Translations under genes and position numbers: made by a program
Assembly: GCA_018830645.1 (NCBI GenBank)
Contig: JAHJSA010000023.1
Coordinates: forward strand, 7,482-71,481
Direction of reading: 5' to 3'
Source of the DNA: Actinomycetota bacterium
GTDB taxonomy: Bacteria > Actinomycetota > Thermoleophilia > RBG-16-64-13
Length of the DNA: 64,000 bases
The notes under the pieces: generated by a model
What the model was told of the DNA's origin: nothing
Databases searched by the model: none
What the model saw: the letters and a program-made list of their open reading frames with translations, nothing else
Shown here: positions 43,834 through 52,457 of the stretch, in pieces
Position numbering within the stretch: the first letter of the stretch is position 1
Layout: each line of letters starts with the position of its first letter

Positions 43834-44499
43834 GTGGAACTCGGCCTCGATCAGGACACCAGAGTTCCCCGTCGCGGCCGGCAGCGTCTTCCACGCGTAC
43901 CCTCCCGCAGTCCCGCGAGCTCCTTGCCCCCGACGGCGCGCAAGATCCTCATCGCCGCCAAGCACCTGCTCACGACCCGGGGCCTAAGCGCCCTCACCCT
44001 AGAGACCGTGACCAACAGAGCAGGCGTCAACAAGGCTCTGGTGCGCTACTACTTCGGGAGCAAAGCTGGATTGATCGAAGCCGTGGTCGACGAGATCGTT
44101 CTGGACGAGTGCGCGTCCATGGCGAACGACCTCTCAGCCAACACGACCGTGGCCGAACGCGTGCGGAGTTTCGTGGCGAGTGTCCGCCGAATGGCTACGA
44201 ACGTCGACGGCTACCGGGCCTTCTTCGACGTACTCCCTCACGGCGCCCGCGATCGCGGCCTCCGCCGAAGGCTCACGTACCTCTACGACCTCTGGTACGA
44301 GTGGAACCTGGAGTGGCTCGGCCTCGACGACGCGACCGCGGATGACGAACGCGCCGCTGGATTGCGGGCGATGGGCGCCTTCACCGCCGCCGTCATCGAC
44401 GGTATCGCCGTGCAGGCCTTGATCCACGGCGCCGAGTACGACGTCGAGCCGACGCTCGACATCCTGGAGCGCTGCCTGCTCCGCATGCTGGAGGAGTAG
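43834..44499 (+). CDS. TetR/AcrR family transcriptional regulator
   Basis: HTH region KILIAAKHLLTTRGLSALTLETVTNRAGVNKALVRYYFGSKAGL; divergent from the methylamine island. Confidence 0.75.
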   Translation: MELGLDQDTRVPRRGRQRLPRVPSRSPASSLPPTARKILIAAKHLLTTRGLSALTLETVTNRAGVNKALVRYYFGSKAGLIEAVVDEIVLDECASMANDLSANTTVAERVRSFVASVRRMATNVDGYRAFFDVLPHGARDRGLRRRLTYLYDLWYEWNLEWLGLDDATADDERAAGLRAMGAFTAAVIDGIAVQALIHGAEYDVEPTLDILERCLLRMLEE

Positions 44500-44602
44500 C
44501 CGCAGGGCGATCGAAACGACGGAAGCCGGTCCGCCCCCGAAGGGACGGACCGGCCTCGTTCAAGCCACCAACGCAGTGGCTCGCGCCCGCTCTGGGTTCC
44601 GC

Positions 44603-46063
44603 CTACTCCTCCGCCGAGACGATGATCTTCTTCATCGCCTCGTGGACCGCGGGATCGAGCGGCATCGCCTCGTGGGTCTTCAGCAGATCGGCGGCCATAG
44701 CCTCGGCACGCGTCGCCACGTCGGTCCCACCTTTCTTCGTCCATGCTCCCCGCGTACGCCTGTCGAAGAGCTTCACCTTCGACTGCTCCGAGGGCATGTA
44801 CTTCAGCGTGTGCTTCTCCTTCAGGAAGTTCTTGCCCGAACCGATCTTGTGGATCACCTCGGTGCCGATGGTGTCGTTGTCCACGGGTGAACCGCGCACC
44901 ACGCGCTTGACCATCGAGGCGATCTCGTTGTCGATCAGGAGCTGTCCGTAGGAGAACGTGACACCCAGTTCGAGCATCCCCATACCGTATATCAGGTTGG
45001 ACCCTGCCAACGCTGGTAGCAGACTGGTGATGGTTTTCTCGTGCCCGGCCTGAGCGTCGATCACTTTGCTATCCGCCTAACCACCGGCAACGTAGCTCGG
45101 CAGATTGTAGTAGTTGGACAGTTCGGCCACCGCCGCGGAGATCATGCCCAGCTCTGGCGCCCCTACGGGGGCCGTGGCGTAGGTCATGTCGAACATGGTG
45201 GTGGAGCTTCCGTACATGGCGGGAGCGCCCTTGCTGGTGAGCTGCGCCAGCGTGAGGCCGGCCAGCACCTCTGCGTTGTGGGTGACCAGCGTGCCCGATA
45301 CCGACACCGGGCTCGATGCGCCCGACATGGCCATGCTGAGCACGTTGATGGGGCATCCCCAGCGCGCGCTCTCCATGATGACCTCGCAGGTCACCGTGTG
45401 GAGCATCAGGGGGCTGGTGGGGCACACCAGGGTGGAGACCAGCGGCCTCTCCCGGAGCTCCCTGTCGCCGCCCGCGATGAGCGCGGCCATCTCGAACATC
45501 TTGCGGGCGTTGGCACCCGAAGAGACGTCGATGTGATGCACGTGCTTACTCGTGTTCAGGAACGCGGCTTCGAGCATGTGCAGGTCGTATGAGGCGTCGG
45601 GCATGTCGCGAGCGACGACGGCCGTCGAGTACACGTCGACGTTCTCCATCGCGTCGCAGGCGAGCGCCGTCCTTCCCATGTCTTCCTTTGTGGTCTCGTT
45701 CACTTCGCCCGTCTCGGGATCGGTGACCATGATCCCGCAGCCGAAGTTGGTGTAGCCCACGTGCTTGCCGCCCATCCAGTAGTCGTACCTGGGATCGCGC
45801 GCCGCGAGCAGGATGCTGCTCGGGCACGACGCCAGGGCTTCCTCGACCACGTAGGCCGGGAACTTCACGATCTTGGTGGCACGATCGACGATGCAGCCGC
45901 CCTCTTCGAGAACGTCCACTGCTTCCTCGAGATGAACCTCGACCCCGGTCAGCCGGAGGACTTCCAGCGTGGCGTCGTGGATGGCGTCGAGCTGACTGCT
46001 CGAGTACATCCTGAGACCCCAGCCTTGGTATTCCTCCGTACTGGCTCTCGGTCCTCGGATCAT
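44603..46063 (-). CDS. mttB: Trimethylamine:corrinoid methyltransferase MttB (second copy), pyrrolysine-containing (in-frame UAG at 45077..45079)
   Basis: Track ORFs 45077..46165 and 44603..45064 are in frame across one TAG: ...[54 protein letters not shown]; paralogous to the 34158..35639 copy. Confidence 0.9.
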
Positions 46064-46106
46064 GTGCGCACCTCCTTTCTCTCGCTCGTAGTGACAGGCC
46101 GTCTCA

Positions 46107-46772
46107 CTAGGAGACGGCTTCCTTGGCCTTCGCCACCGTCTCGGTGGCGCTCTCGGCGTAGACATCCGCGCCGATCTTGTCGGCCCAGTGCTGGGTGGCG
46201 GCGGCGCCGCCCACCATCGTCTTCACATTCCCCCTGATGCCCGCCTCGGTGAGGGCCGCCTCCAACTTGGCCTGATTCACCATGGTGGTGGTCATGAGGG
46301 CCGAGCTACCCACCAGATCGGCGTTGGTCTCCTGCGCCATGCGGACGAATTCGCCGATGGCCACGTCGCGGCCAAGGTCATGCACCTCGAACCCGGACAC
46401 GCCGAGAAGCGTGCCCACGATCGTCTTTCCGATGTCGTGCACGTCACCTTCGATCGTGCCGATGACCACCGTGCCGAGCTTCTCGACCGCCGATGCTTCG
46501 GGCAGGGCCTCTTCCAGTATTGCAAGCGCGGCCGTCATGCAGTCCGCGGCGATGATCATCTCGGGAAGGCTCATCTCTTCCGCCTCGAACATCTCCCCGG
46601 CCCGGCGCATGCCCACCGTGAACCCTTCCTGCAGGAGCCGGACTGGATCTAGACCGCTCTCCAACGCATCCTTGGCCAGCTGTACCGCACCGTCCTCATC
46701 GATGTCGAGGACGAGCTCCTGCGCCTTCTGGATGGCTTCCTCCATGCTAAGTGTCGCCATGTACCGGTTCAC
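46107..46772 (-). CDS. mttC: Corrinoid (cobalamin-binding) protein, MttC-like
   Basis: B12-binding domain with DxHxxG (GDVHDIGK) and SxL / GG motifs; N-terminal corrinoid cap helix; immediately upstream of mttB. Confidence 0.85.
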   Translation of the reverse strand: MNRYMATLSMEEAIQKAQELVLDIDEDGAVQLAKDALESGLDPVRLLQEGFTVGMRRAGEMFEAEEMSLPEMIIAADCMTAALAILEEALPEASAVEKLGTVVIGTIEGDVHDIGKTIVGTLLGVSGFEVHDLGRDVAIGEFVRMAQETNADLVGSSALMTTTMVNQAKLEAALTEAGIRGNVKTMVGGAAATQHWADKIGADVYAESATETVAKAKEAVS

Positions 46773-46874
46773 CTCCTCTCATCCGTCTTCGTCACTGTCT
46801 TCCCTCGATCACTCCTCGCGCCGAACAACAGAGTTCGACCCCACGGAGCACGTCAACCGCCCGTTGCGCGCACG

Positions 46875-46991
46875 TCAGAGCTTCTTGACGAACGTACGAG
46901 CTTGATAGAGCGCCAGAGCCGGCAGAGTCACGAACAGGATGATCGCAACCGCCGGACCCGCTCCGAAAGCCCAGAACTCACTCACGTTCAC
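46875..46991 (-). CDS. Small hydrophobic peptide (38 aa, single predicted TM)
   Basis: GTG start 6 nt after a GGAGGTGG RBS that directly follows the upstream gene's TAA; translation (V/M)NVSEFWAFGAGPAVAIILFVTLPALALYQARTFVKKL; below the length cutoff of the ORF track. Confidence 0.4.
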   Translation of the reverse strand: MNVSEFWAFGAGPAVAIILFVTLPALALYQARTFVKKL

Positions 46992-47005
46992 GTAAGACCA
47001 CCTCC

Positions 47006-47284
47006 TTAGACCAGGAGCCCAGTATCGCTCATGCGCTGACGGCCGAACTCGGTAAGGCTGTACTTGAGCAGTATCTTCTCCTTCCCGAAGCTCTTGCTCG
47101 GATCAATGGTCTCCTCGATGGCATCGATGAGCCCCCCCGAGTAGAGGTCCGCAAGGGTGACCCGGTTGTTGCCGTACCAGTACTCGCCCTCGAGACCGCC
47201 GTACTCGGCGTTCAGTAACTCAGCGAGTTCGTAGTCCCACTTGGCTCCCTCGGTCTGCAGGATCTGCAGCAGGCGCCCTTTCAT
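47006..47284 (-). CDS. Hypothetical small soluble protein (~92 aa)
   Basis: ORF from the internal ATG (MKGRLLQILQTEGAKWDYELAELL...); no recognisable motif; lies between the membrane protein gene and the small peptide. Confidence 0.4.
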   Translation of the reverse strand: MKGRLLQILQTEGAKWDYELAELLNAEYGGLEGEYWYGNNRVTLADLYSGGLIDAIEETIDPSKSFGKEKILLKYSLTEFGRQRMSDTGLLV

Positions 47285-47315
47285 GTGTAGCTTCGCCACG
47301 TATCCCCCTCTCAGC

Positions 47316-48395
47316 TTAGCTGCCCGCAGTGTCCGAGTTCTCCGATGAGCCCCCAAGATGCGAGACCGATCGGATGACCTCAAGAACATCGCGGCGCTCG
47401 GTGTACATGATCACTCCACCGGCGATGACGATCAGGCCGCCGATCAGGAAGTTCAGGTCAGGCATGGTCAAGGTGAAGATGCCCAGGAAGATTATGGCGA
47501 ACACCCCGTAGAAATCGGCGATCGCCTGCCCGCGACCCACACCGATGAGCGGGAACGACTTATACCACGATACGTAGCAGAAGCCGAATGTCAGCCCGGC
47601 CAACAGCAACCACACGAGGTTCGTGAAGTGAAGCGCATCGACGAGCATCGTGATCGCATCGCCGCCGGTGAGGATCGCCGTGACCGGCAAGATGAGAACT
47701 ACCCAATAGAGAACCTCGGCCGTGAAGCGGATCGTGAGCCCCACGTCTGGGTCTACTACATCGAGCGCCCGACCGGCGAACGCGCCTTCGATACCCCAGC
47801 CCGTCGCAGCCATGATCCCGCCCACGTAGCCGAGCCACGAGCCGGTGCCCGTACCGGTCATCTCAGCGAGGATCCCCGGTGCGTAGACGACCAGACCTCC
47901 GCCAACGATCACCAGGATGCCGAGTGCCGCCCGGGTGGTTATCTTCTCTGCATACCAGACCCGGGCCAAGCCGGCGCCCACAATCGGATAGAGCAGGGCG
48001 GCAACAGCCGCGAAGACACCGCCAACGTAGCCGATGGCAAGAAAGCTACCGAAGATCGCCATGGGACCGCCGAAGACCGCTCCTGCGAAGAACCACTTCG
48101 AGACCTTGCGCATCTGCCGAATAGTCCTACCGTATTCCCGCATCTTGCCCAACACCGCAACCCAGACGTACATCGCGAGCAGCACAGCGATGGCGTTGAG
48201 CGCGGTGATAACCGCTGCCGCCATCAGGAAGTCCCTGGTTGTATCGGCGATGGCGTTGAACGGCGCTTCGTACCAGATCGCGGTGCCGGGCACGTACCAG
48301 GCACCCCACAGCACAGCGCACCACAGCGCCCACACGAACCCCCACCGCACCGACCGCTCGGTGTGATCCCTTCGTGCCTTCGTCAGATCCGACAT
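47316..48395 (-). CDS. Integral membrane protein (~10 TM), putative permease, possibly a methylamine permease analogue
   Basis: 359 aa, highly hydrophobic with repeated Gly-rich TM segments; inserted between pylC and the mttC-mttB pair; family not assignable from sequence alone. Confidence 0.55.
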   Translation of the reverse strand: MSDLTKARRDHTERSVRWGFVWALWCAVLWGAWYVPGTAIWYEAPFNAIADTTRDFLMAAAVITALNAIAVLLAMYVWVAVLGKMREYGRTIRQMRKVSKWFFAGAVFGGPMAIFGSFLAIGYVGGVFAAVAALLYPIVGAGLARVWYAEKITTRAALGILVIVGGGLVVYAPGILAEMTGTGTGSWLGYVGGIMAATGWGIEGAFAGRALDVVDPDVGLTIRFTAEVLYWVVLILPVTAILTGGDAITMLVDALHFTNLVWLLLAGLTFGFCYVSWYKSFPLIGVGRGQAIADFYGVFAIIFLGIFTLTMPDLNFLIGGLIVIAGGVIMYTERRDVLEVIRSVSHLGGSSENSDTAGS

Positions 48396-48412
48396 CTATC
48401 GACCCCCTTTCG

Positions 48413-48434
48413 TGCGATGCCTAGCAGCATCGCA
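48413..48434 (-). terminator. Perfect 8-bp GC-rich hairpin (TGCGATGC-n6-GCATCGCA) ~18 nt upstream of the membrane-protein start and downstream of pylC
   Basis: Inverted repeat read directly; no U-tract, so a terminator or RNA-stability/attenuator role cannot be distinguished. Confidence 0.3.
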
Positions 48435-48716
48435 GCCTCTAGAAACCCACCGACTCCAGATCCTCAGTGCCGATCCCCCCTCTCTTCGAGCCTCGGTGTA
48501 CTTGTATGGACAGGTACGCGAGAATGTCCGCGCCCCGGACGACCGCCTCATGATACCTGGACGCACCAACAATACGCAACAGACTCGCACCCATCCTGAA
48601 AGCCGCAGTGACCCCTGTCTCGTGCCTAGACAGGCTTGAGACACCACGGCCGCGACCCCCTGAGCAATCCGCTCGTGTGGGTGGCGCACCGAGCGCGGCA
48701 ACAGCCCGGGGGTGGG

Positions 48717-49904
48717 TCAACGAGCACCTCCCCCTATCGACCCAGTCCGTACGCTCACCGGGTCAGGCGTCGCCGACAACCCGGAGTCGCGCGCGAGCCG
48801 GCGAACGGCCTCCTCCGCGCGGGCACGTGCGTCTACCGCGTCGACGCCTACGCAGATCATGGTGGCCGACCAGGTCTCTCGCCCCTCGGCACGGTCCGTG
48901 AGCACCTCGTCCGCGCCGAAGGCGTCTTCCAGGAGCCGCAGCGGCCCCGCCGTGCTCATCACGTGTTCCCCGAGAACCTCCAGGCTGCCCATGGAGGCGT
49001 GCACGTGTTGGTAGCAGACTCCACGACCGCCCGGGGGCAGTGAGCCGGGGAGACCGGCGCCACGTGCGATATCCGCGACCAACGCCACCACATTGAGTCC
49101 CGTGGAGTGCAGTACCGCGGTGGGCGTCTGGCTGGGTAGCCGCGCGTCGATCTCGATCAGCCGCGGAACGTCGCCGTCCAACATGACCTCGACGTCCATG
49201 AGACCCACGAGCCCCATGCGTTCGGCAAGACGCACCCCGGCAGCGGACATGGCCTCGAGAGACCCTCCGGCCGCGGTCACCGGAGCGACCACGCGCTTGC
49301 AGTCGTACACGTGGTCGAACTCGAGCAACGTGGGCACCAGAGGCAGCGCCCCATCCGGCGTCCCGATCACCTCCAACGACAGCGAAGGCCCGTCGACGTA
49401 CTGCTGCACGACGACTTCATGACCCGCGGTCTCGAGCCTCTCTCGAGCCGCTTCGAGGTCGCTCTCGGTCCAGACGACGCTCACCCCCTCGCTGCCGCTC
49501 GACCCGCTCGGCTTGACCACCGCGGGGAAGCCGCACTCGGGCCACGGTAGGGGCCGCGGAACATCCAGTTCGGCGAAGAGACGGTCGGAACGAAGCTTCG
49601 AGCAGGAGAGCTCGTAGGAAGGAAGGTGGAAGGCCAGAGGTACACCCCAGGACGGCACGACTTCGCTCAGCCACCGCAGGGTCTTCAGGTCTTCGCAGGC
49701 GGGCAGGATCACGTCGCACGCTCCGAGCACCACCCGCGCTCGTTTCACGTCGGCCGTGACGTCGAACACGTGGCTCTCTGTTGCCAATCCCGAGGCGGGC
49801 GTGGCGGGCGCCCTATCGACGAGGACAACCTCGAATCCAGCCTTGATGCCCAAATAGACCGCCTCGGTCCCTTGTAGACGTCCTCCCACGACGCCCAGGC
49901 GCAT
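48717..49904 (-). CDS. pylC: Pyrrolysine biosynthesis ATP-grasp ligase PylC (3-methylornithine--L-lysine ligase)
   Basis: Start VVGGRLQGTEAVYLGIKAGFEVVLVDR... and the IEIDARLPSQTPT motif match PylC; ATG overlaps the pylB TGA. Confidence 0.9.
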   Translation of the reverse strand: MRLGVVGGRLQGTEAVYLGIKAGFEVVLVDRAPATPASGLATESHVFDVTADVKRARVVLGACDVILPACEDLKTLRWLSEVVPSWGVPLAFHLPSYELSCSKLRSDRLFAELDVPRPLPWPECGFPAVVKPSGSSGSEGVSVVWTESDLEAARERLETAGHEVVVQQYVDGPSLSLEVIGTPDGALPLVPTLLEFDHVYDCKRVVAPVTAAGGSLEAMSAAGVRLAERMGLVGLMDVEVMLDGDVPRLIEIDARLPSQTPTAVLHSTGLNVVALVADIARGAGLPGSLPPGGRGVCYQHVHASMGSLEVLGEHVMSTAGPLRLLEDAFGADEVLTDRAEGRETWSATMICVGVDAVDARARAEEAVRRLARDSGLSATPDPVSVRTGSIGGGAR

Positions 49905-51001
49905 CACCACTGGGCCTGCGCCCTCAACCCCGGAGCCTGCGTCCCGGCGAGCCAGCCTTCGTACTCCGGCAAGGAGGCCACCTTCAACCCGAGGGGAGCG
50001 AGATGCCGCTCCACTCCGGCCACGGTACGGAAGCCCTCATCGATGTCGAGCGTTGACTGTGAGACTCCGGCCAGCCCGCTTGCGGGAGGGATGATGGATG
50101 TGACGACGTTGGCGCCCGCACGCAGGCGGGCCTCCAGACCCCGAAGGCCGTCGATGTCGAGAGAGGCTGGGATCAGGCGATCGGGCATGGTGAGCCGCAT
50201 GGTGGCTAAGGTGACCATCTCGGCCAGCAGGGTGGGCGTGTCGAGGCCGCCCATAGGAGTGCCCTTCTGGGGGACGAAGCCCATCACCCGCACCTGCTGC
50301 ACACCCTGCGCCCTCATGGTGACGAGGGAGCGCGCCCGGTCGGCGGCCGTCTCGCCCACACCCAGAAGGATGCCGTCTTCAGCGTGTAGTCCAGCGCCCA
50401 GGGCCCGGCTCCTCGCGCCGACACGCGCCGCGAAATCCTGCCCCGGCCGAAGCTTGCGGAACAACTGCGGTGAGTGGGTCTCCTGGTAGCAGGCATACCA
50501 GTCGGCCCCCGCCTCGGCGAGCTGCCGCAGCACGGCATCCGGCACCACGCCCGGAGACACCATCACCGGCACCCCTGCCGCTCCTCGGACGTCCGCCACG
50601 AGTTCCACCAGATGGTCGAACCGGCCGGCGTCGTGGATCTCCGGGTCCTCCCCCAGGGTCAGATCCACGAGGTGCACGCCCGAGCCGGCCAAGCCGCAGG
50701 CTATCTCGACCACCTCAGCCGCGGTCTTGCGGTACCGGGGACTCGCGTCGTTGCCCTTGCGGTAGAAGCAGAACGTACAGCGATTGCGGCAATACGTCGA
50801 GAAGTAGACGAAACCGTATAGAAAGATCTTGCGCCCGAAGTAGCGCTCCCTCAGTCTCTGCGCGGTGTCGAAGATGAGAGCGGCCTCATCCGGCTCCTGC
50901 ACTTCGAGCAGCGTCTCGATCTCGGGCACCCGGAGGCGTTCCCCCGCGAGCGCGCGCTCGACGATCGCTTCCACTTCCCGGCGTCGTGGCCGTCCGGTCA
51001 C
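49904..51001 (-). CDS. pylB: Pyrrolysine biosynthesis radical SAM enzyme PylB (3-methylornithine synthase)
   Basis: FVYFSTYCRNRCTFCFY radical SAM cluster motif; RLIPASLDIDGL...AGANVVTSIIPP matches PylB; GTG start at 51001 (residue 179 of the track ORF) preceded by a G-rich RBS. Confidence 0.9.
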   Translation of the reverse strand: MTGRPRRREVEAIVERALAGERLRVPEIETLLEVQEPDEAALIFDTAQRLRERYFGRKIFLYGFVYFSTYCRNRCTFCFYRKGNDASPRYRKTAAEVVEIACGLAGSGVHLVDLTLGEDPEIHDAGRFDHLVELVADVRGAAGVPVMVSPGVVPDAVLRQLAEAGADWYACYQETHSPQLFRKLRPGQDFAARVGARSRALGAGLHAEDGILLGVGETAADRARSLVTMRAQGVQQVRVMGFVPQKGTPMGGLDTPTLLAEMVTLATMRLTMPDRLIPASLDIDGLRGLEARLRAGANVVTSIIPPASGLAGVSQSTLDIDEGFRTVAGVERHLAPLGLKVASLPEYEGWLAGTQAPGLRAQAQW

Positions 51002-51012
51002 CTGCGAACCCC

Positions 51013-51900
51013 CTATTCCTCCGCGACCGGATGCGATCCCGGCCGGGTGCCTTGTACGTTGAGGCGCGCCCCGTCGAGGTACACGAGACTCCTCCCTACC
51101 GGGTGGATACGAGACCCACCCGTCTGCATCATGGCTAGACGCTCGAGGCCGAACCCCCACCCGGCCCACGGACCGTTGACGCCCCACTGCTCGTCGAGTG
51201 GGTGCGGTCCGACGACGCCTGAGGCCACCTCGATGCCGCGCACCTCCACATCGAACGTCGCGCCATATACGCCGGAATCGGTCTCGACGATCTTGTATTG
51301 CAGGCCCAGGGGCCTCATGGCGACATCGGCCAGCATCCGCAGGCGATCGGCGGGGTCGCCGCTCGGCTCGAACTCCACAAGGTTGAGCATGGTGAACTCC
51401 GAGAGGTGGTTCGAGCCCTTCGACTCCTTGCGGAAACAGGGTCCCACTTCGAAGATGCTCACGGGGGGCGGCCATAGCCGTTGGAGGTGACTGAGCAGGT
51501 AGTAGAGGTTCGGTGCCAGCATCGGGCGCAGGCATCGGTCGGTGTCGACCCAGTACACCTGGCGCCAGAGCGGGTGTACTTCACCGATCCCCATCTTCGC
51601 CAGGGCGCCCTTGCTCATCATGAGCGGCGTGGCCACCTCGACGAAACCATCCGCCACCAGCGCCGCGACCAAGACCGACTCCACCGTGCGCAGCACCGGG
51701 CGTCGCCTCTCGGTGCGCAGAGAGTCGAGCCGATCGACGTTCGCCTGGCTGAGTTCCCGATGGTTCCCCTCGTAGCGGGCGTCGCGCTCCTCAGCCGAGT
51801 CGAACGTGTCGGCCAGCGCGGCATCGTCAAGCCCGATCTCGGCTAAGCGCTGCCTCTGCTGCGGCGAGAATCCGAGTGCGATGTCTCCCTGGCCTATCAC
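51013..51900 (-). CDS. pylS: Pyrrolysyl-tRNA synthetase, C-terminal catalytic subunit (PylSc)
   Basis: Class II aaRS motifs conserved with PylS: CLRPMLAPNLY, FEVGPCFRKES, EFTMLNL, GPHPLDEQWG, GFGLERL; GTG start overlaps the pylSn TGA (GTGA). Confidence 0.9.
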   Translation of the reverse strand: MIGQGDIALGFSPQQRQRLAEIGLDDAALADTFDSAEERDARYEGNHRELSQANVDRLDSLRTERRRPVLRTVESVLVAALVADGFVEVATPLMMSKGALAKMGIGEVHPLWRQVYWVDTDRCLRPMLAPNLYYLLSHLQRLWPPPVSIFEVGPCFRKESKGSNHLSEFTMLNLVEFEPSGDPADRLRMLADVAMRPLGLQYKIVETDSGVYGATFDVEVRGIEVASGVVGPHPLDEQWGVNGPWAGWGFGLERLAMMQTGGSRIHPVGRSLVYLDGARLNVQGTRPGSHPVAEE

Positions 51901-52262
51901 ACGAACGAGGTGCTCTCGAACTTCTCGAGCTTCCAGGATGGTATACGGCACCGCGGACACGGCTCGTCGTAGATCTTGTTGCGCAGATGACGGGCGACCC
52001 GACTGTTCCGGGAGTTCCGCATGCGGATGTCATGCCCGCAGTGCGTCTGCAACTCCACGAACCCGCCCCTGAGCTTCACCGAACGGACGCCATGCAACAG
52101 GCCGGTCTTCGACGGCCACAGCTTCACCTTCTCGATCACCCCGTAGGGGGCGGCATGCCGCCGCACCGTGCGCTTCTTCGCGCCGGGGATAGGAGCCAAG
52201 ACCCAGTCGGGCAGCTTCCCGCCTGTCCCAACGTCTCCGTTCGTGGAGCCGACCACGTCCAC
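51897..52262 (-). CDS. pylSn: Pyrrolysyl-tRNA synthetase N-terminal tRNA-binding domain protein (PylSn)
   Basis: 121 aa; LQTHCGHDIRMRNSRNSRVARHLRNKIYDEPCPRCRI closely parallels the Zn-binding region of the Methanosarcina PylS N-terminal domain; GTG start 45 nt downstream of pylT. Confidence 0.85.
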   Translation of the reverse strand: MDVVGSTNGDVGTGGKLPDWVLAPIPGAKKRTVRRHAAPYGVIEKVKLWPSKTGLLHGVRSVKLRGGFVELQTHCGHDIRMRNSRNSRVARHLRNKIYDEPCPRCRIPSWKLEKFESTSFV

Positions 52263-52307
52263 CTACCGCCCGCCCTTCCTCTCACCACTCTCTTCTGCAT
52301 GATGGTG

Positions 52308-52379
52308 TGGAGGAGAGTCCGGGAGTCCAACCCGGCTACGAAGATTTAGAGTCTCCGCGGTCATGCCGACCAACCCTCC
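52308..52379 (-). tRNA. pylT: tRNA-Pyl (CUA anticodon) gene pylT
   Basis: Minus-strand 72-nt sequence GGAGGGTTGGTCGGCATGACCGCGGAGACTCTAAATCTTCGTAGCCGGGTTGGACTCCCGGACTCTCCTCCA folds with a 7-bp acceptor stem, single U8, a 4-bp D stem with 5-nt D loop, a 6-bp anticodon stem, loop CU-CUA-AA, a 3-nt variable loop and a 5-bp T stem. These are the hallmark atypical features of tRNA-Pyl. Confidence 0.85.
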
Positions 52380-52457
52380 TTGTTGCCGGCCGCCGGGCGG
52401 CCGGCTCGGGGTGCACCGCCCGTCTGTGGGGCGGTGCACCACTACTCGTAGGCGGTC

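Noticed and set aside
48396-48480. Possible tRNA-Pyl around the TCTAGA palindrome (CTCTAGAAA) in the pylC-downstream gap
   Set aside because: The flanking sequence cannot form anticodon or acceptor stems on either strand. The genuine pylT with a textbook tRNA-Pyl fold lies at 52308..52379 upstream of pylSn.
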